Shown: positions 1 to 10,117, counted from the stretch's first letter. The stretch is 38,217 nucleotides of DNA from a virus (IMGVR_UViG_3300008450_000141:1-38217); one strand, 5' to 3'. Program-made: numbers and translations. The notes: a model not told the origin generated them from the sequence alone.

Positions 1-98
1 GCCGCGGCGCTCAAACAATCAGCGATTAAAACAAAGTTAAGTAAGTAAAAGCAATTTATAACCGGTGCGTGTCTAAAACTGGCATATTTCAAAGAAAA

Positions 99-420
99 TG
101 TAATAATACTTATAAATCAATGACTTAGTTAATTTAGTTAAATAAATAAAATATATAATAAAATCAATAACTTAACACTTGCCCAGTTTGTATTATTACA
201 GATTCAAAAAGCTGAAACCCGCACTGCGTCTATTTTCAGCGGTTAGCGACCACTAACCAAGTTAACGAAGTGTAATAATATAAAAAAGTGTAATAAAATA
301 ATATAATCAAAGACTTAGGTGAGTTATCCACAAGCAAATTTGGTTAGTGGTTACTAACATTAACGAAGTTAACTTAGTTAAATCAATAACTTACGCGAAA
401 ATGGCTGGCATTGTTAACTT
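99..420. promoter_or_regulatory. AT-rich non-coding region with 4 IHF-consensus sites, a DnaA box and inverted repeats (origin- or packaging-site-like)
   Basis: WATCAANNNNTTR at 115-127, 162-174, 305-317, 381-393; TTATCCACA at 324-332; palindromes GGTTAG-N6-CTAACC 241-258 and GTTAGT-N4-ACTAAC 343-358; repeated TGTAATAA. No ORF. Function is inferred. Confidence 0.55.
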
Positions 421-574
421 TGTGGCTTAGCTAGGCAGGGTATACGCACCCCCCATAGCCCGTTTTTTGAACTTATGGGACCCACATCTTCCTTTACACT
501 GTGTTTCAGGCAAATAGTTTCCTCGCCAAACTAATTGCAAACCCTACCCAGGAAACACCCCCCTTATTTTTTAT

Positions 575-603
575 TTGACAAGTCAAAAAATATTATATAT
601 ATT
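575..603 (+). promoter_or_regulatory. sigma70-type promoter
   Basis: TTGACA (575-580), 17 nt spacer, TATATT (598-603). Confidence 0.6.
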
Positions 604-643
604 TCAAAACATAACCCCCACCCCCAAATTAAAAGGCAAACAA

Positions 644-1192
644 TTGAATAAAACAGACGTTAGGGCTATAGCTAAAGCTGCTGGTAAAACTAGATATGAA
701 GGCTTACCATGTAAATATGGGCATGGAAATATTCGATACACTTCAAACTACGATTGCGTGGAATGCCGTAGGTTGAATAAAAACGCATTGCGTAAAAAAA
801 CCGCAAAATATGCCAAACCAGGAAGACCACCCAAAGAAAAAACACCGCTAACCGAAGAACAGATAAAAGCTAGAAAAGCTTATAGCCTAGCTTGGCAACG
901 CGAATACTGGAAACGCCCTGAGAATATTGGAAAACGTAAAGCTAAAAAAGCTAAGCGTCGATGCACTAAACTTCAACGCACCCCTAAATGGCTTACAACT
1001 GAAGAATTAATATTAATTAAAGCCTTATATGATCAAGCTACAAATAAAACTAAAGAGACAGGGGTATTGTGGCATGTAGATCATATTATCCCTCTACGAG
1101 GGGTAGACGTTAGCGGGCTTCATGTGCTTAGTAACTTAAAAGTTATACCTGCTAAAGAGAATATGCAAAAAGGAAACAGCTATATAATCTAG
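644..1192 (+). CDS. HNH endonuclease (probable free-standing homing endonuclease)
   Basis: C-terminal HVDHIIPL...GLHVLSNLKVIPAKENMQKGN; N-terminal CxxGH...CxxC. The track start at 575 is the -35 box; in-frame TTG at 644 after AAAGG is more likely. Confidence 0.8.
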   Translation: MNKTDVRAIAKAAGKTRYEGLPCKYGHGNIRYTSNYDCVECRRLNKNALRKKTAKYAKPGRPPKEKTPLTEEQIKARKAYSLAWQREYWKRPENIGKRKAKKAKRRCTKLQRTPKWLTTEELILIKALYDQATNKTKETGVLWHVDHIIPLRGVDVSGLHVLSNLKVIPAKENMQKGNSYII

Positions 1193-1210
1193 CAAATTAA
1201 ACTTAAATGC

Positions 1211-1239
1211 TTGACATATATAGATATTTACGCTATTGT
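1211..1239 (+). promoter_or_regulatory. sigma70-type promoter for packaging genes
   Basis: TTGACA (1211-1216), 17 nt spacer, TATTGT (1234-1239). Confidence 0.5.
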
Positions 1240-1288
1240 CCAGCCCAACGAATCGCAACCGTATAAATTGCGCAACTTTGGAGCTTTT

Positions 1289-1888
1289 ATGCCCCTACAT
1301 GTAACACCCCAATCAGGGATTCCCTTGCCGGATGACTTTGATTCAGAAGACCCTAAGACCTTTTCTACTAAAGTTAAGGTAGCTGCCAACACAATCGACG
1401 TGTTGCTAGAGGCTGGCGCCGAGATTCCTGTCTCAACTCAAGAGAAAGATGCGGCAGTAGGTATCTTCCAAGCCTTCACAGATCCAGAAAATAAAGACAA
1501 ACCTGCTGAATCCGGTAAAGCGTTAAGCACCCCGGCCACGGTTGTGCACTTGCGCGAGATGATTCGAGAGTATGACCACCAGGTTATAGACGAGGCGGTG
1601 CAGTTGCGTCGGTTCATCACCAACAAACTCATTGAAGAGACCACCAAAGACAATGCGACCAATAGGATTAAGGCTTTAGAGCTCCTAGGTAAGATGTCAG
1701 ATGTGGGTCTGTTCACTGAGAAGACCGAGATTACGGTTAAGAATGCGCCTATCGAGGACCTAGAAGCCCAGATCCGCAGTAAAATATTCAAGATTATGGG
1801 CCACAGCAAGGCCATCGATGCGTCCTTCGAGGTAATTGAGAAGGAAATGGGTACGCTAACCCCCGAAGATATTACTCCACAACAATGA
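1289..1888 (+). CDS. terS: terminase small subunit (putative)
   Basis: Overlaps terL start (ATGA); RIKALELLGKMSDVGLF-type segment; GGAG precedes the in-frame ATG at 1289. Confidence 0.65.
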   Translation: MPLHVTPQSGIPLPDDFDSEDPKTFSTKVKVAANTIDVLLEAGAEIPVSTQEKDAAVGIFQAFTDPENKDKPAESGKALSTPATVVHLREMIREYDHQVIDEAVQLRRFITNKLIEETTKDNATNRIKALELLGKMSDVGLFTEKTEITVKNAPIEDLEAQIRSKIFKIMGHSKAIDASFEVIEKEMGTLTPEDITPQQ

Positions 1889-3420
1889 TTGACCTAAGCA
1901 TCGACGGTATTAAGGAAGAAGACCTGCAGAATGCGATGCAGAACTCGCATCTATTGCCTAAAGCGGAGCAGATCGAGCTAAACCAGCTGCTTACATTGTA
2001 TGAACAAAAGAAAATCATCAAAGAAAAGCAAGATGAGTTCCTAGCATTCGCCCAGGCAATGGATCACACCTTCATGGTGGGGCCACATCACAAGATTATT
2101 GCTAGTACTATTGAGAAAATAGCGTCCGGCGAGCTAAAACGGGTGATTATTAACATTGCCCCTCGTCATGGTAAGTCACATATCATGTCTTACCTGTTTC
2201 CGGCGTGGTTTATGGGGAAGTTTCCCGATAAAAAGATCATCATGGCCTCGCATACCGCTGATTTGGCGGTAGACTTTGGACGAAAGGTCCGTAACTTGGT
2301 CGGCACCAAGGAGTATCAGTCGATATTCCCTGGGGTCGAGCTGCAAGCTGACTCGAAAGCGTCAGGAAGGTGGGGGACTAACCATGCTGGAGAATATTAT
2401 GCGTGTGGTGTGGGGGGTGCTCTTGCTGGTCGTGGTGCTCACTTATGTATCATCGATGACCCACATTCTGAGCAGGAGGCTAAGACCGGAAACCCGGCGG
2501 TATTTGATAGTGCTTATGAGTGGTATCAATCTGGCCCTCGCCAACGTCTTATGCCAGGCGGTTCGATATGTCTAATCATGACGCGCTGGTCCAAACGAGA
2601 CCTGACCGGCCGTATCCTAGACAACATGACCAAGAACGAAGGCTCAGACCAGTGGGAAGTGATCGAGCTACCCATGGAGCTGCCATCAGGTGAGCCACTC
2701 TGGCCGGACTTCTGGAACAAGAAAGACATTGAGCTCCTAAAAAATACGTTGGACACGCGCTACTGGATGGCGCAGTACCAACAACAACCGACATCCGAAG
2801 GTGCGGCCATCATCAAACGGGAATGGTGGCGAGAATGGGAGGACGAAGATCCTCCACAGTGCGACTATATCATTCAGTCCTGGGATACGGCGTTCGAAAA
2901 GAATAACCGGGCTGACTATAGCGCTTGCACCACGTGGGGAGTTTTCTACCATGACGACGTTAACGGAGTTAAACAAGCTAACATAATCCTACTTGACGCA
3001 TTCAAGGACAGGATGGAATTCCCTGAACTTAAACGAGTCGCATTTGAGTCGTACAAAGAGTTTCAACCAGATAACTTATTGATCGAGAAGAAAGCTTCGG
3101 GTGCTCCGTTAATATATGAGCTACGTGCAATGGGTCTCTTAGTTAACGAAGTTGTACCAAGTAAAGATAAGATAACCCGGTTGAATGCGGTGGCTGACTT
3201 GTTCTCAAGTGGCATGGTGTGGGCACCAGCTACAAGGTGGGCTGAGAACGTGATCGAGGAAGTTGCAGACTTCCCTGTTGGCGAGCACGATGACTTTGTC
3301 GATAGTATGACGCAAGCATTGACAAGGTTTAGACGAGGTGGCTTTATAAGGCTGGATTCGGATTACGAGGATGAGCCTAGTGATTTCCGTAGTAACAGAG
3401 CTAGGCTGTACTCTCTATAG
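1885..3420 (+). CDS. terL: terminase large subunit
   Basis: Walker A NIAPRHGKS, Walker B IIDDPH, YQQQP, nuclease motifs SWDTA and HDDFVD. Confidence 0.95.
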   Translation: MIDLSIDGIKEEDLQNAMQNSHLLPKAEQIELNQLLTLYEQKKIIKEKQDEFLAFAQAMDHTFMVGPHHKIIASTIEKIASGELKRVIINIAPRHGKSHIMSYLFPAWFMGKFPDKKIIMASHTADLAVDFGRKVRNLVGTKEYQSIFPGVELQADSKASGRWGTNHAGEYYACGVGGALAGRGAHLCIIDDPHSEQEAKTGNPAVFDSAYEWYQSGPRQRLMPGGSICLIMTRWSKRDLTGRILDNMTKNEGSDQWEVIELPMELPSGEPLWPDFWNKKDIELLKNTLDTRYWMAQYQQQPTSEGAAIIKREWWREWEDEDPPQCDYIIQSWDTAFEKNNRADYSACTTWGVFYHDDVNGVKQANIILLDAFKDRMEFPELKRVAFESYKEFQPDNLLIEKKASGAPLIYELRAMGLLVNEVVPSKDKITRLNAVADLFSSGMVWAPATRWAENVIEEVADFPVGEHDDFVDSMTQALTRFRRGGFIRLDSDYEDEPSDFRSNRARLYSL

Positions 3421-3423
3421 ATT

Positions 3424-3825
3424 ATGTTAACTTCGTTAACTTTGTTGGTAGATAAGCCGCCAAAAAAGAAGCGGACGTATACTTGGAAGTGGAAAAATCC
3501 GAAGCGGGCTTGGGCAATAGATGCGGTTAAGAATGCGAAACTACGTGCGAAGAACAAAGGACTCCCTTTTGACATCACTGCAGAATACATAGAAAGTATA
3601 TTGCCAGATAATTGCCCGGTGTTCAATACACCGTTCGTATATAGAGGGAATAAGGTAGCGGGAGAAAAAAGCCCATCACTAGATAGAATTGATCCAGTAA
3701 AAGGTTACGTTCAGGGCAATGTCGTGGTAATATCTAGCAAAGCTAATAACATTAAAAGTGCTTACAAGTCAACTGATATATTTATGGTGGCCAATTGGCT
3801 GCAAACAATTGAGAATAAAGGATAA
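3424..3825 (+). CDS. His-Me finger (HNH-like) endonuclease
   Basis: CPVF...SPSLDRIDPVKGYVQGNVVVISSKANNIK; AT-rich insert between terL and portal; start uncertain. Confidence 0.7.
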   Translation: MLTSLTLLVDKPPKKKRTYTWKWKNPKRAWAIDAVKNAKLRAKNKGLPFDITAEYIESILPDNCPVFNTPFVYRGNKVAGEKSPSLDRIDPVKGYVQGNVVVISSKANNIKSAYKSTDIFMVANWLQTIENKG

Positions 3826-3827
3826 TT

Positions 3828-6380
3828 ATGGCAACAAATATAGACAAAGCCGCATACCAAGCGCCATTAGGGATCGATGAAGAAGCACAAGACCAAGAAG
3901 GTGTAGAGTTAGAGGTTGAAGCAGAAGATCTAGGTGAAGGTGATCTAGAGGTCAACCTAACTGATGAGGACATGAAAGAGGTCGACGATGACTTCAATGC
4001 GAACTTAGCAGAAGAGATTGACGAAGGCTCGTTGCAGCAGTTAGCTGGTGACTTGCTGGGTGACTACGACTCTGACGTGAGTTCACGCCGTGATTGGCTA
4101 GAGACCTACGCTGATGGCTTAGACTTGCTAGGACTTAAGATTGAAGACCGCACAGAGCCATGGCCTGGTGCGTGTTCCGTGTATCATCCGCTGTTGACTG
4201 AGGCAGTTGTGAAGTTCCAGGCTGAGACGATGTCTGCGACATTCCCAGCGCAGGGTCCGGTGAAGACACAGATTATAGGTAAGGTAGATAAGGATAAAGA
4301 AGCGGCGGCTAAGCGTGTGCAAGAAGACATGAACTACCGCATGACGGACCAGATGGTCGAGTACCGCCCTGAGCATGAACGCATGTTGTGGGGCCTAGGG
4401 CTGTCCGGTAACGCGTTCAAGAAAGTGTACTACGATCCGAGCTTAGAGCGTCAGGTGGCCCTCTACGTGCCGGCAGAGGACATAGTTGTGCCGTACGGCG
4501 CGTCTAACTTAGATACGGCTGAGCGTGTGACCCACGTGATGCGTAAGACTAAGAACGAGCTACGCAAACTGCAGGTGGCTGGGTTCTACCGCGACGTAGA
4601 CCTGGGTGAGCCAGTTAACGTGTTAGAAGAGGTTGAGAAGAAGATTGCTGAACGTCTAGGGTTCAACGCCACAATGGACGAACGCTATCGCCTCCTTGAG
4701 ATGCACGTAGACCTAGACTTGTCAGGTTACGAAGATGAAGACGATAACGGCGAAGCCACAGGCATAGCGCTACCGTACGTAGTGACTATCGACAAGGGCA
4801 CATCAACCGTGTTGTCTATCCGCCGTAACTGGGACCCAGAAGATCCGCTTAAGACTAAACGTCAGCACTTTGTCCACTACGGCTACGTGCCAGGGTTCGG
4901 GTTCTATTGCTTCGGGTTGATACATCTAGTAGGTGCGTTCGCGAAGTCAGGTACGATGCTCACCCGCCAGTTGGTGGACGCAGGTACGTTAGCTAACTTA
5001 CCAGGTGGGTTCAAGACACGTGGCCTACGAGTTAAAGGCGATGACACGCCTATCGCGCCGGCTGAGTTCCGTGACGTTGATGTACCAAGCGGCAGTATCC
5101 GTGACAACATCATGCCACTACCGTACAAAGAGCCATCACAAGTTCTAATGGCATTGCTACAGAACATCGTGGAGGAAGGCCGTAAGTTTGCAGGCGCTGC
5201 AGATATTCAAGTGTCTGACATGTCAGCCAACAGCCCAGTAGGCACAACACTAGCCATACTAGAACGTAGCCTCAAGGTGATCAGTGCTGTTCAAGCTCGC
5301 GTACATTATGCGATGAAGCAAGAGTTCAAGTTACTCAAAGGGATCATCCGTGACTATACGCCAGAAGAGTATAGCTACGAGCCAGAGTCAGGCGAGCCTA
5401 GCGTTAAACAATCAGACTACGATCAAGTGGATGTAATTCCAGTATCCGATCCGAACGCGTCAACCATGGCACAAAAAGTTGTGCAGTATCAAGCAGTTAT
5501 GCAGATGGCACAGCAAAGCCCTGACATGTACGACATGAAAGAGTTGAACCGTCAGATGTTAGAAGCGCTTGGCGTGAAGAACGTAGACTTGCTGATCAAG
5601 CCGGACGACGATGAACCTAAGCCGAAAGACCCTGTGTCTGAGAACATGGCGATGTTAAATGGGCTACCGGCTAAGGCGTTCATCTATCAAGACCACGAAG
5701 CTCACATAACCACTCACATGTCACTGGCTCAAGATCCGAAGATCCAAGGCATGTTAGCGCAATCGCCCAATGCACAGGCGATAATGGCGGCGTTCCAAGC
5801 ACACGTGTCCGAGCACATTGCGTTCGCATACCGTCGTCAGATTGAAGAGCAGTTGGGTGTACCGTTACCTAACCCAGATGAAGAGTTGCCAGAAGACATC
5901 GAAGTAGACTTGTCTCGCTTGGTAGCGTCAGCTGCACAGAAACTACTGCAGAAAGATACCGCAGAACAGCAACAACAAAAACAAGCAGAACAAGCTCAAG
6001 ATCCGTTACTCATGATCTCACAAAAAGAACTAGAGTTGAAAGAACGTGAGCAAAGCATGAAAGAGCAGAAAGAGCTATTTGATGCGCAGATGAAAGATCG
6101 AGAAATGGCACTTAAAGAAGAAGGACTTGTTATTGAACGTGAACGTATCGCGTCTCAAGAACGTCAAGCCGGTGCTCGTATAGGAGCAGAAGCTGCTAAA
6201 AACATGATGAACGACGCGACTAAGAAAGAACTAGGTGGCGCACAAATCGGTGTGGATGCAGCTAAACACAAAGCTCAACTAAAAGCACAGCAAGATAAGA
6301 CTCAACGAGATGAAGCAAATAAGATGATTGACACAGTAACAAATGCCTTTACAGGAATGCAGCCACCAACAGGAGAGTAA
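3828..6380 (+). CDS. portal protein
   Basis: 850 aa after terL; HPLLTEAVVKFQA, GNAFKKVYYD, PGFGFYCFGLIHL motifs; long C-terminal coiled coil as in P22-like portals. Confidence 0.88.
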   Translation: MATNIDKAAYQAPLGIDEEAQDQEGVELEVEAEDLGEGDLEVNLTDEDMKEVDDDFNANLAEEIDEGSLQQLAGDLLGDYDSDVSSRRDWLETYADGLDLLGLKIEDRTEPWPGACSVYHPLLTEAVVKFQAETMSATFPAQGPVKTQIIGKVDKDKEAAAKRVQEDMNYRMTDQMVEYRPEHERMLWGLGLSGNAFKKVYYDPSLERQVALYVPAEDIVVPYGASNLDTAERVTHVMRKTKNELRKLQVAGFYRDVDLGEPVNVLEEVEKKIAERLGFNATMDERYRLLEMHVDLDLSGYEDEDDNGEATGIALPYVVTIDKGTSTVLSIRRNWDPEDPLKTKRQHFVHYGYVPGFGFYCFGLIHLVGAFAKSGTMLTRQLVDAGTLANLPGGFKTRGLRVKGDDTPIAPAEFRDVDVPSGSIRDNIMPLPYKEPSQVLMALLQNIVEEGRKFAGAADIQVSDMSANSPVGTTLAILERSLKVISAVQARVHYAMKQEFKLLKGIIRDYTPEEYSYEPESGEPSVKQSDYDQVDVIPVSDPNASTMAQKVVQYQAVMQMAQQSPDMYDMKELNRQMLEALGVKNVDLLIKPDDDEPKPKDPVSENMAMLNGLPAKAFIYQDHEAHITTHMSLAQDPKIQGMLAQSPNAQAIMAAFQAHVSEHIAFAYRRQIEEQLGVPLPNPDEELPEDIEVDLSRLVASAAQKLLQKDTAEQQQQKQAEQAQDPLLMISQKELELKEREQSMKEQKELFDAQMKDREMALKEEGLVIERERIASQERQAGARIGAEAAKNMMNDATKKELGGAQIGVDAAKHKAQLKAQQDKTQRDEANKMIDTVTNAFTGMQPPTGE

Positions 6381-6383
6381 TAA

Positions 6384-6578
6384 ATGGCATACGATTCGTT
6401 CGAACTTCTAGTTACACAGTTAGAAGAAAGACGCAAAGCAATAATTGAGTCGTTGGGAGACGGTTCAGCAAAAGATTTTGGTTCTTACCAAATGTCTGTC
6501 GGTATGGTTCGAGGTCTACTTACCGCGCAGTCTTTAATCTCAGACCTTGCACGTAATATAGAGGAAGCAGATGACTAA
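6384..6578 (+). CDS. small head-module hypothetical protein
   Basis: GGAG RBS; overlaps groES start. Confidence 0.7.
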   Translation: MAYDSFELLVTQLEERRKAIIESLGDGSAKDFGSYQMSVGMVRGLLTAQSLISDLARNIEEADD

Positions 6579-6996
6579 ACTTGATTTAGGTCGAGCAGTA
6601 GATTTATCGGAGATGGTGGCAGATGCAAAAGAATTCGGTGATGCCGAAAAAGCATCACAGTTACCAGACCCAAAAGGCTATCGAATCCTATGTGCAGTTC
6701 CTGATGCAACAGATGAACATGAGTTAGAAAGTGGGCTCAAGTTAGCTAAAGCAGCAGAGACTAAACGAATAGAAGAAAATGGCACGGTAGTATTGTTTGT
6801 TCTAAAAATGGGCGACCAATGTTACAAAGAAGAAAATAAGTTTCCTACAGGCCCATGGTGTAAAGAAGGTGATTTTGTCTTAACCCGTGCGTATGCAGGT
6901 ACTCGTTTTAAAATCCACGGAAGAGAATTCCGCATTATCAACGATGATACCGTAGAGGCTGTTGTACTAGACCCCCGCGGCTATACTCGCGCATAA
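6571..6996 (+). CDS. groES: GroES/Cpn10-like co-chaperonin
   Basis: PKGYRIL...ESGL...KEGDFVL...YAGTRFKIHGREFRIINDDTVEAVV matches the Cpn10 pattern. Confidence 0.85.
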   Translation: MTKLDLGRAVDLSEMVADAKEFGDAEKASQLPDPKGYRILCAVPDATDEHELESGLKLAKAAETKRIEENGTVVLFVLKMGDQCYKEENKFPTGPWCKEGDFVLTRAYAGTRFKIHGREFRIINDDTVEAVVLDPRGYTRA

Positions 6997-7006
6997 GGAG
7001 TAATAT

Positions 7007-8002
7007 ATGGCTGAAAATAAAGAGTTTGAAGGGGAAGAGTTTGAATTCCCTGATGAACAGGAAGTTAACAAAGTTAACACAGAAGCTCAAGCTTCAGAGG
7101 AAGAAGATGACTTTGATATTGAGGTAGAAGACGATACACCCGAAGAAGACCGAGGTCGTGAACCATTACCAGCGGAAGTAGTACAAGAGTTAGAGCAAGA
7201 TGAGCTAACTGACTATTCAACTAAGGTTAAGACCCGATTGTCGCAGATGAAAAAGGTATGGCATGATGAACGCCGTGCTAAAGAATCAGCGGCTAGAGAG
7301 CGAGAAGAAGCAATTCAACTAGCTCAAAAGATTATTAACGAAAACAAAACACTACGTCAAACATTATCGTCAGGCGAAGTGGCTTATATTGATACGTTGA
7401 AACGTGCGGTAACGCATGAGCTAGATTTAGCAAAACGTGAATATAAAGAAGCATACGATACGGGTGATACTGATCGAATGATTGCTGCACAAGAGCGACT
7501 AACTAATTCGCAATTACAAGCACAACGCGCCTTTAGTTACCAACCCCAGTACAGCCAACAACAGCAAGCGCAAGAAAATGCTTTACAAGACCAACAATTT
7601 AGTGTAAATAGTAAGCAACAGCCACAAGTAGCTAAACCTGACGCCAAAGCTTTATCTTGGCAGGAACGGAATCCTTGGTTTGGTCAAGACAGAGTGATGA
7701 CTTCTCTGGCTTGGGGACTGCATGAAGACCTAGTCACGTCTGGAATAGATCCGCGTTCCGACGATTATTACCGTCGTATTGATAGTACGATGCGCAAACG
7801 ATTCCCAGAATACTTCGGGAGTGAAACGCAGGACGATGTAAAATCCGCTCCTCGCGCCAAAGCTACAGTCGTCGCCCCGGCAACGCGAAGCACCGCGCCT
7901 AAAAAAGTTGTGTTAAATGTATCTCAGCAAAACCTTGCTAAGAAACTTGGTTTAACGCCTAAGCAATATGCACTTGAGCTAATGAAATTGGAGAATAGAT
8001 AA
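7007..8002 (+). CDS. capsid scaffolding protein (putative)
   Basis: Acidic N-terminus, coiled coil, W..RNPWFG, C-terminal AKKLGLTPKQYA; lies between portal and capsid genes. Confidence 0.7.
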   Translation: MAENKEFEGEEFEFPDEQEVNKVNTEAQASEEEDDFDIEVEDDTPEEDRGREPLPAEVVQELEQDELTDYSTKVKTRLSQMKKVWHDERRAKESAAREREEAIQLAQKIINENKTLRQTLSSGEVAYIDTLKRAVTHELDLAKREYKEAYDTGDTDRMIAAQERLTNSQLQAQRAFSYQPQYSQQQQAQENALQDQQFSVNSKQQPQVAKPDAKALSWQERNPWFGQDRVMTSLAWGLHEDLVTSGIDPRSDDYYRRIDSTMRKRFPEYFGSETQDDVKSAPRAKATVVAPATRSTAPKKVVLNVSQQNLAKKLGLTPKQYALELMKLENR

Positions 8003-8448
8003 TGACTGATTCAAGACAAAACCGTGAACTAGATACCCGCGAGACTTTTCAACGTCAAGCCGCATGGGCACCTGCTGCTCTGCTCCCTGAAATTAAAAAA
8101 CAAGCCGGATGGGCTTATCGCTGGATTCGTACAAGCATGGCAGGTCAAGCTGACGCCACTAACGTTTCTTCAAAAATGCGTGAAGGCTGGGAACCCGTCA
8201 AACTGTCGGAGCACCCTGAACTCAAGCTTTACATTGACTTAAACACACGCATCCCTGATTCAGTGGAAGTAGGTGGGTTGATGTTATGTAAGACACCAGA
8301 AGAGTTTGTTGATCAACGGACTGCTTATTACAATAATCAGACCAAGTCTCAAACAGAGGCAGTTGATAACAGCTTTATGAAAGAGAATGATGCACGTATG
8401 CCCCTATTTAAGGAAAAGCGTACCACTACATCGTTTGGTAAAAAATAA
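8002..8448 (+). CDS. head-module protein, function unknown
   Basis: GWAYRWIR...REGWEPV...GGLMLCK; translationally coupled to scaffold gene. Confidence 0.7.
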   Translation: MTDSRQNRELDTRETFQRQAAWAPAALLPEIKKQAGWAYRWIRTSMAGQADATNVSSKMREGWEPVKLSEHPELKLYIDLNTRIPDSVEVGGLMLCKTPEEFVDQRTAYYNNQTKSQTEAVDNSFMKENDARMPLFKEKRTTTSFGKK

Positions 8449-8463
8449 TTTAAGGAGATTTAT

Positions 8464-9066
8464 ATGGCTACTACTGCAGCCCCATACGGTCTTCGTCCTA
8501 TCAACCTAATTGGTGGTCAGCAATTCGCTGGCTCAACACGTCAATTAAAAATCGCTAGCGGTTATGCTGCTAACATTTTCTTTGGTGACGTTGTTGCAAT
8601 TGGTGTAGACGGAACTATCGTTAAAGTAACAAACGTAGGTACAAACGCGGATCCATTCCCAGCTGGTACAGTTGGTGTGTTCTTAGGTTGTTCATACACA
8701 AGCCCAACATTAGGCTATTTCTTGCAATCACAATACTGGCCTACTGGCACTGTTGCTTCAAATGCTACAGCTTACGTATGTGATGATCCAGATACATTGT
8801 TCCAAATCCAAGCAGATGATGCTGTGACTCAAACAATGCTAGGTTCTAACTTTGGCGTGAATCAAACAGCAGGTTCTACAACTACTGGCGATTCAAAAAT
8901 ATCATTAGACGTGGCTACCCGTGCTACTACAAATACTATCGCATTGCGTTTAGTAGATTTCGTAAACGGTCCATTCTCTACTGTTGGTGACGCATACACT
9001 GATTGTATCGTTAAATTTAACTTTGGTATCCATAGCTATTACAATGGTACCGGTGTTGGCGATTAA
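8464..9066 (+). CDS. putative minor capsid / decoration protein
   Basis: TAAGGAG RBS; beta-rich, G/T/A-rich; immediately upstream of the major capsid gene. Confidence 0.6.
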   Translation: MATTAAPYGLRPINLIGGQQFAGSTRQLKIASGYAANIFFGDVVAIGVDGTIVKVTNVGTNADPFPAGTVGVFLGCSYTSPTLGYFLQSQYWPTGTVASNATAYVCDDPDTLFQIQADDAVTQTMLGSNFGVNQTAGSTTTGDSKISLDVATRATTNTIALRLVDFVNGPFSTVGDAYTDCIVKFNFGIHSYYNGTGVGD

Positions 9067-9078
9067 GGAGATTAAATA

Positions 9079-9993
9079 ATGGCTATTTCACGCGCACAGC
9101 TCCTTAAAGAGCTACTACCAGGTCTGAACGCTTTGTTCGGTTTGGAATATAAACGTTATGGTGAAGAGCACCAAGAGATCTATGAAACAGAGACCTCTGA
9201 GCGTTCTTTCGAAGAAGAAACAAAATTGTCTGGCTTCTCAGCTGCACCTGTTAAAAACGAGGGCAATGCCATCGCTTATGACAATGCTCAAGAAGCTTGG
9301 ACAGCTCGCTACACACACGAAACTATCGCTTTAGGCTTCAGCTTAACTGAAGAGGCCGTAGAAGATAACTTGTATGACACATTGTCTGCTCGTTATACTA
9401 AAGCATTAGCTCGTGCTATGGCGTACACAAAACAAGTTAAAGCAGCTAATGTATTGAACAACGGCTTCAATGCTGGTGGTCAATACAACGGTGGTGATGG
9501 TGTGCCATTGTTCTCAGCTTCTCACCCACTTGTTACTGGCGGCACAAACAGCAACATTCCAACCACTCCAGCAGACTTGAACGAAACTTCATTGGAAAAT
9601 GCAGTTATTCAAATCGCAGCTTGGACTGACGAACGTGGCCTATTGATCGCTGCTAAACCACGTAAATTGATCGTTCCACCAGCATTGCAATTCGTTGCAA
9701 CTCGCTTGTTGGAAACTGAATTGCGTGTTGGTACTGCTGACAATGATGTCAACGCATTGAAAAACAACGGTTCAATCCCAGAAGGTTACGCAATTAACCA
9801 CTTCTTGACCGACACAAATGCGTGGTTCTTAACAACTGATGTTCCTAACGGCATGAAACACTTTGTTCGTAGCCCACTAGGTACTTCAATGGATGGAGAT
9901 TTCGACACGGGCAATGTACGTTACAAAGCACGTGAGCGTTATTCATTCGGTTGGTCGGATCCGCTTGGCATGTACGGTTCAGCAGGCGCCTAA
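9079..9993 (+). CDS. major capsid protein
   Basis: MAISRAQLLKELLPGLNALFG start; P..LIVPPAL, AWFL.TD, RYKARERYSFGWSDP motifs; strong RBS; downstream terminator. Confidence 0.9.
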   Translation: MAISRAQLLKELLPGLNALFGLEYKRYGEEHQEIYETETSERSFEEETKLSGFSAAPVKNEGNAIAYDNAQEAWTARYTHETIALGFSLTEEAVEDNLYDTLSARYTKALARAMAYTKQVKAANVLNNGFNAGGQYNGGDGVPLFSASHPLVTGGTNSNIPTTPADLNETSLENAVIQIAAWTDERGLLIAAKPRKLIVPPALQFVATRLLETELRVGTADNDVNALKNNGSIPEGYAINHFLTDTNAWFLTTDVPNGMKHFVRSPLGTSMDGDFDTGNVRYKARERYSFGWSDPLGMYGSAGA

Positions 9994-10016
9994 GCTAGTA
10001 ATAGCAAGGGTTTCAG

Positions 10017-10041
10017 AAGGGGCTTCGGCCCCTTTTGTTTT
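10017..10041 (+). terminator. intrinsic terminator after capsid gene
   Basis: AAGGGGC-TTCG-GCCCCTT followed by TTGTTTT. Confidence 0.85.
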
Positions 10042-10046
10042 AGTAC

Positions 10047-10075
10047 TTGTGTTATTTGTTACGATGGTGTATAGT
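10047..10075 (+). promoter_or_regulatory. sigma70-type promoter for the GIY-YIG gene
   Basis: TTGTGT, 17 nt spacer, TATAGT. Confidence 0.4.
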
Positions 10076-10117
10076 TCTATTAATGGTAAATAATTACCTG
10101 TATCAAAGGAGCAAAAA

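Noticed and set aside
575-1288. Track starts at TTG 575 and TTG 1211
   Set aside because: Both are the TTG of TTGACA -35 boxes; downstream starts (644, 1289) have RBS-like sequences.
259-7078. GTTAAC motifs as CtrA boxes
   Set aside because: Spacing is TTAA-N5-TTAA rather than N7, and the inferred host is not an alphaproteobacterium.
7582-7610. Internal promoter in the scaffold gene (TTTACA-17-TAAATA)
   Set aside because: The -10 lacks the conserved final T; too weak to call.
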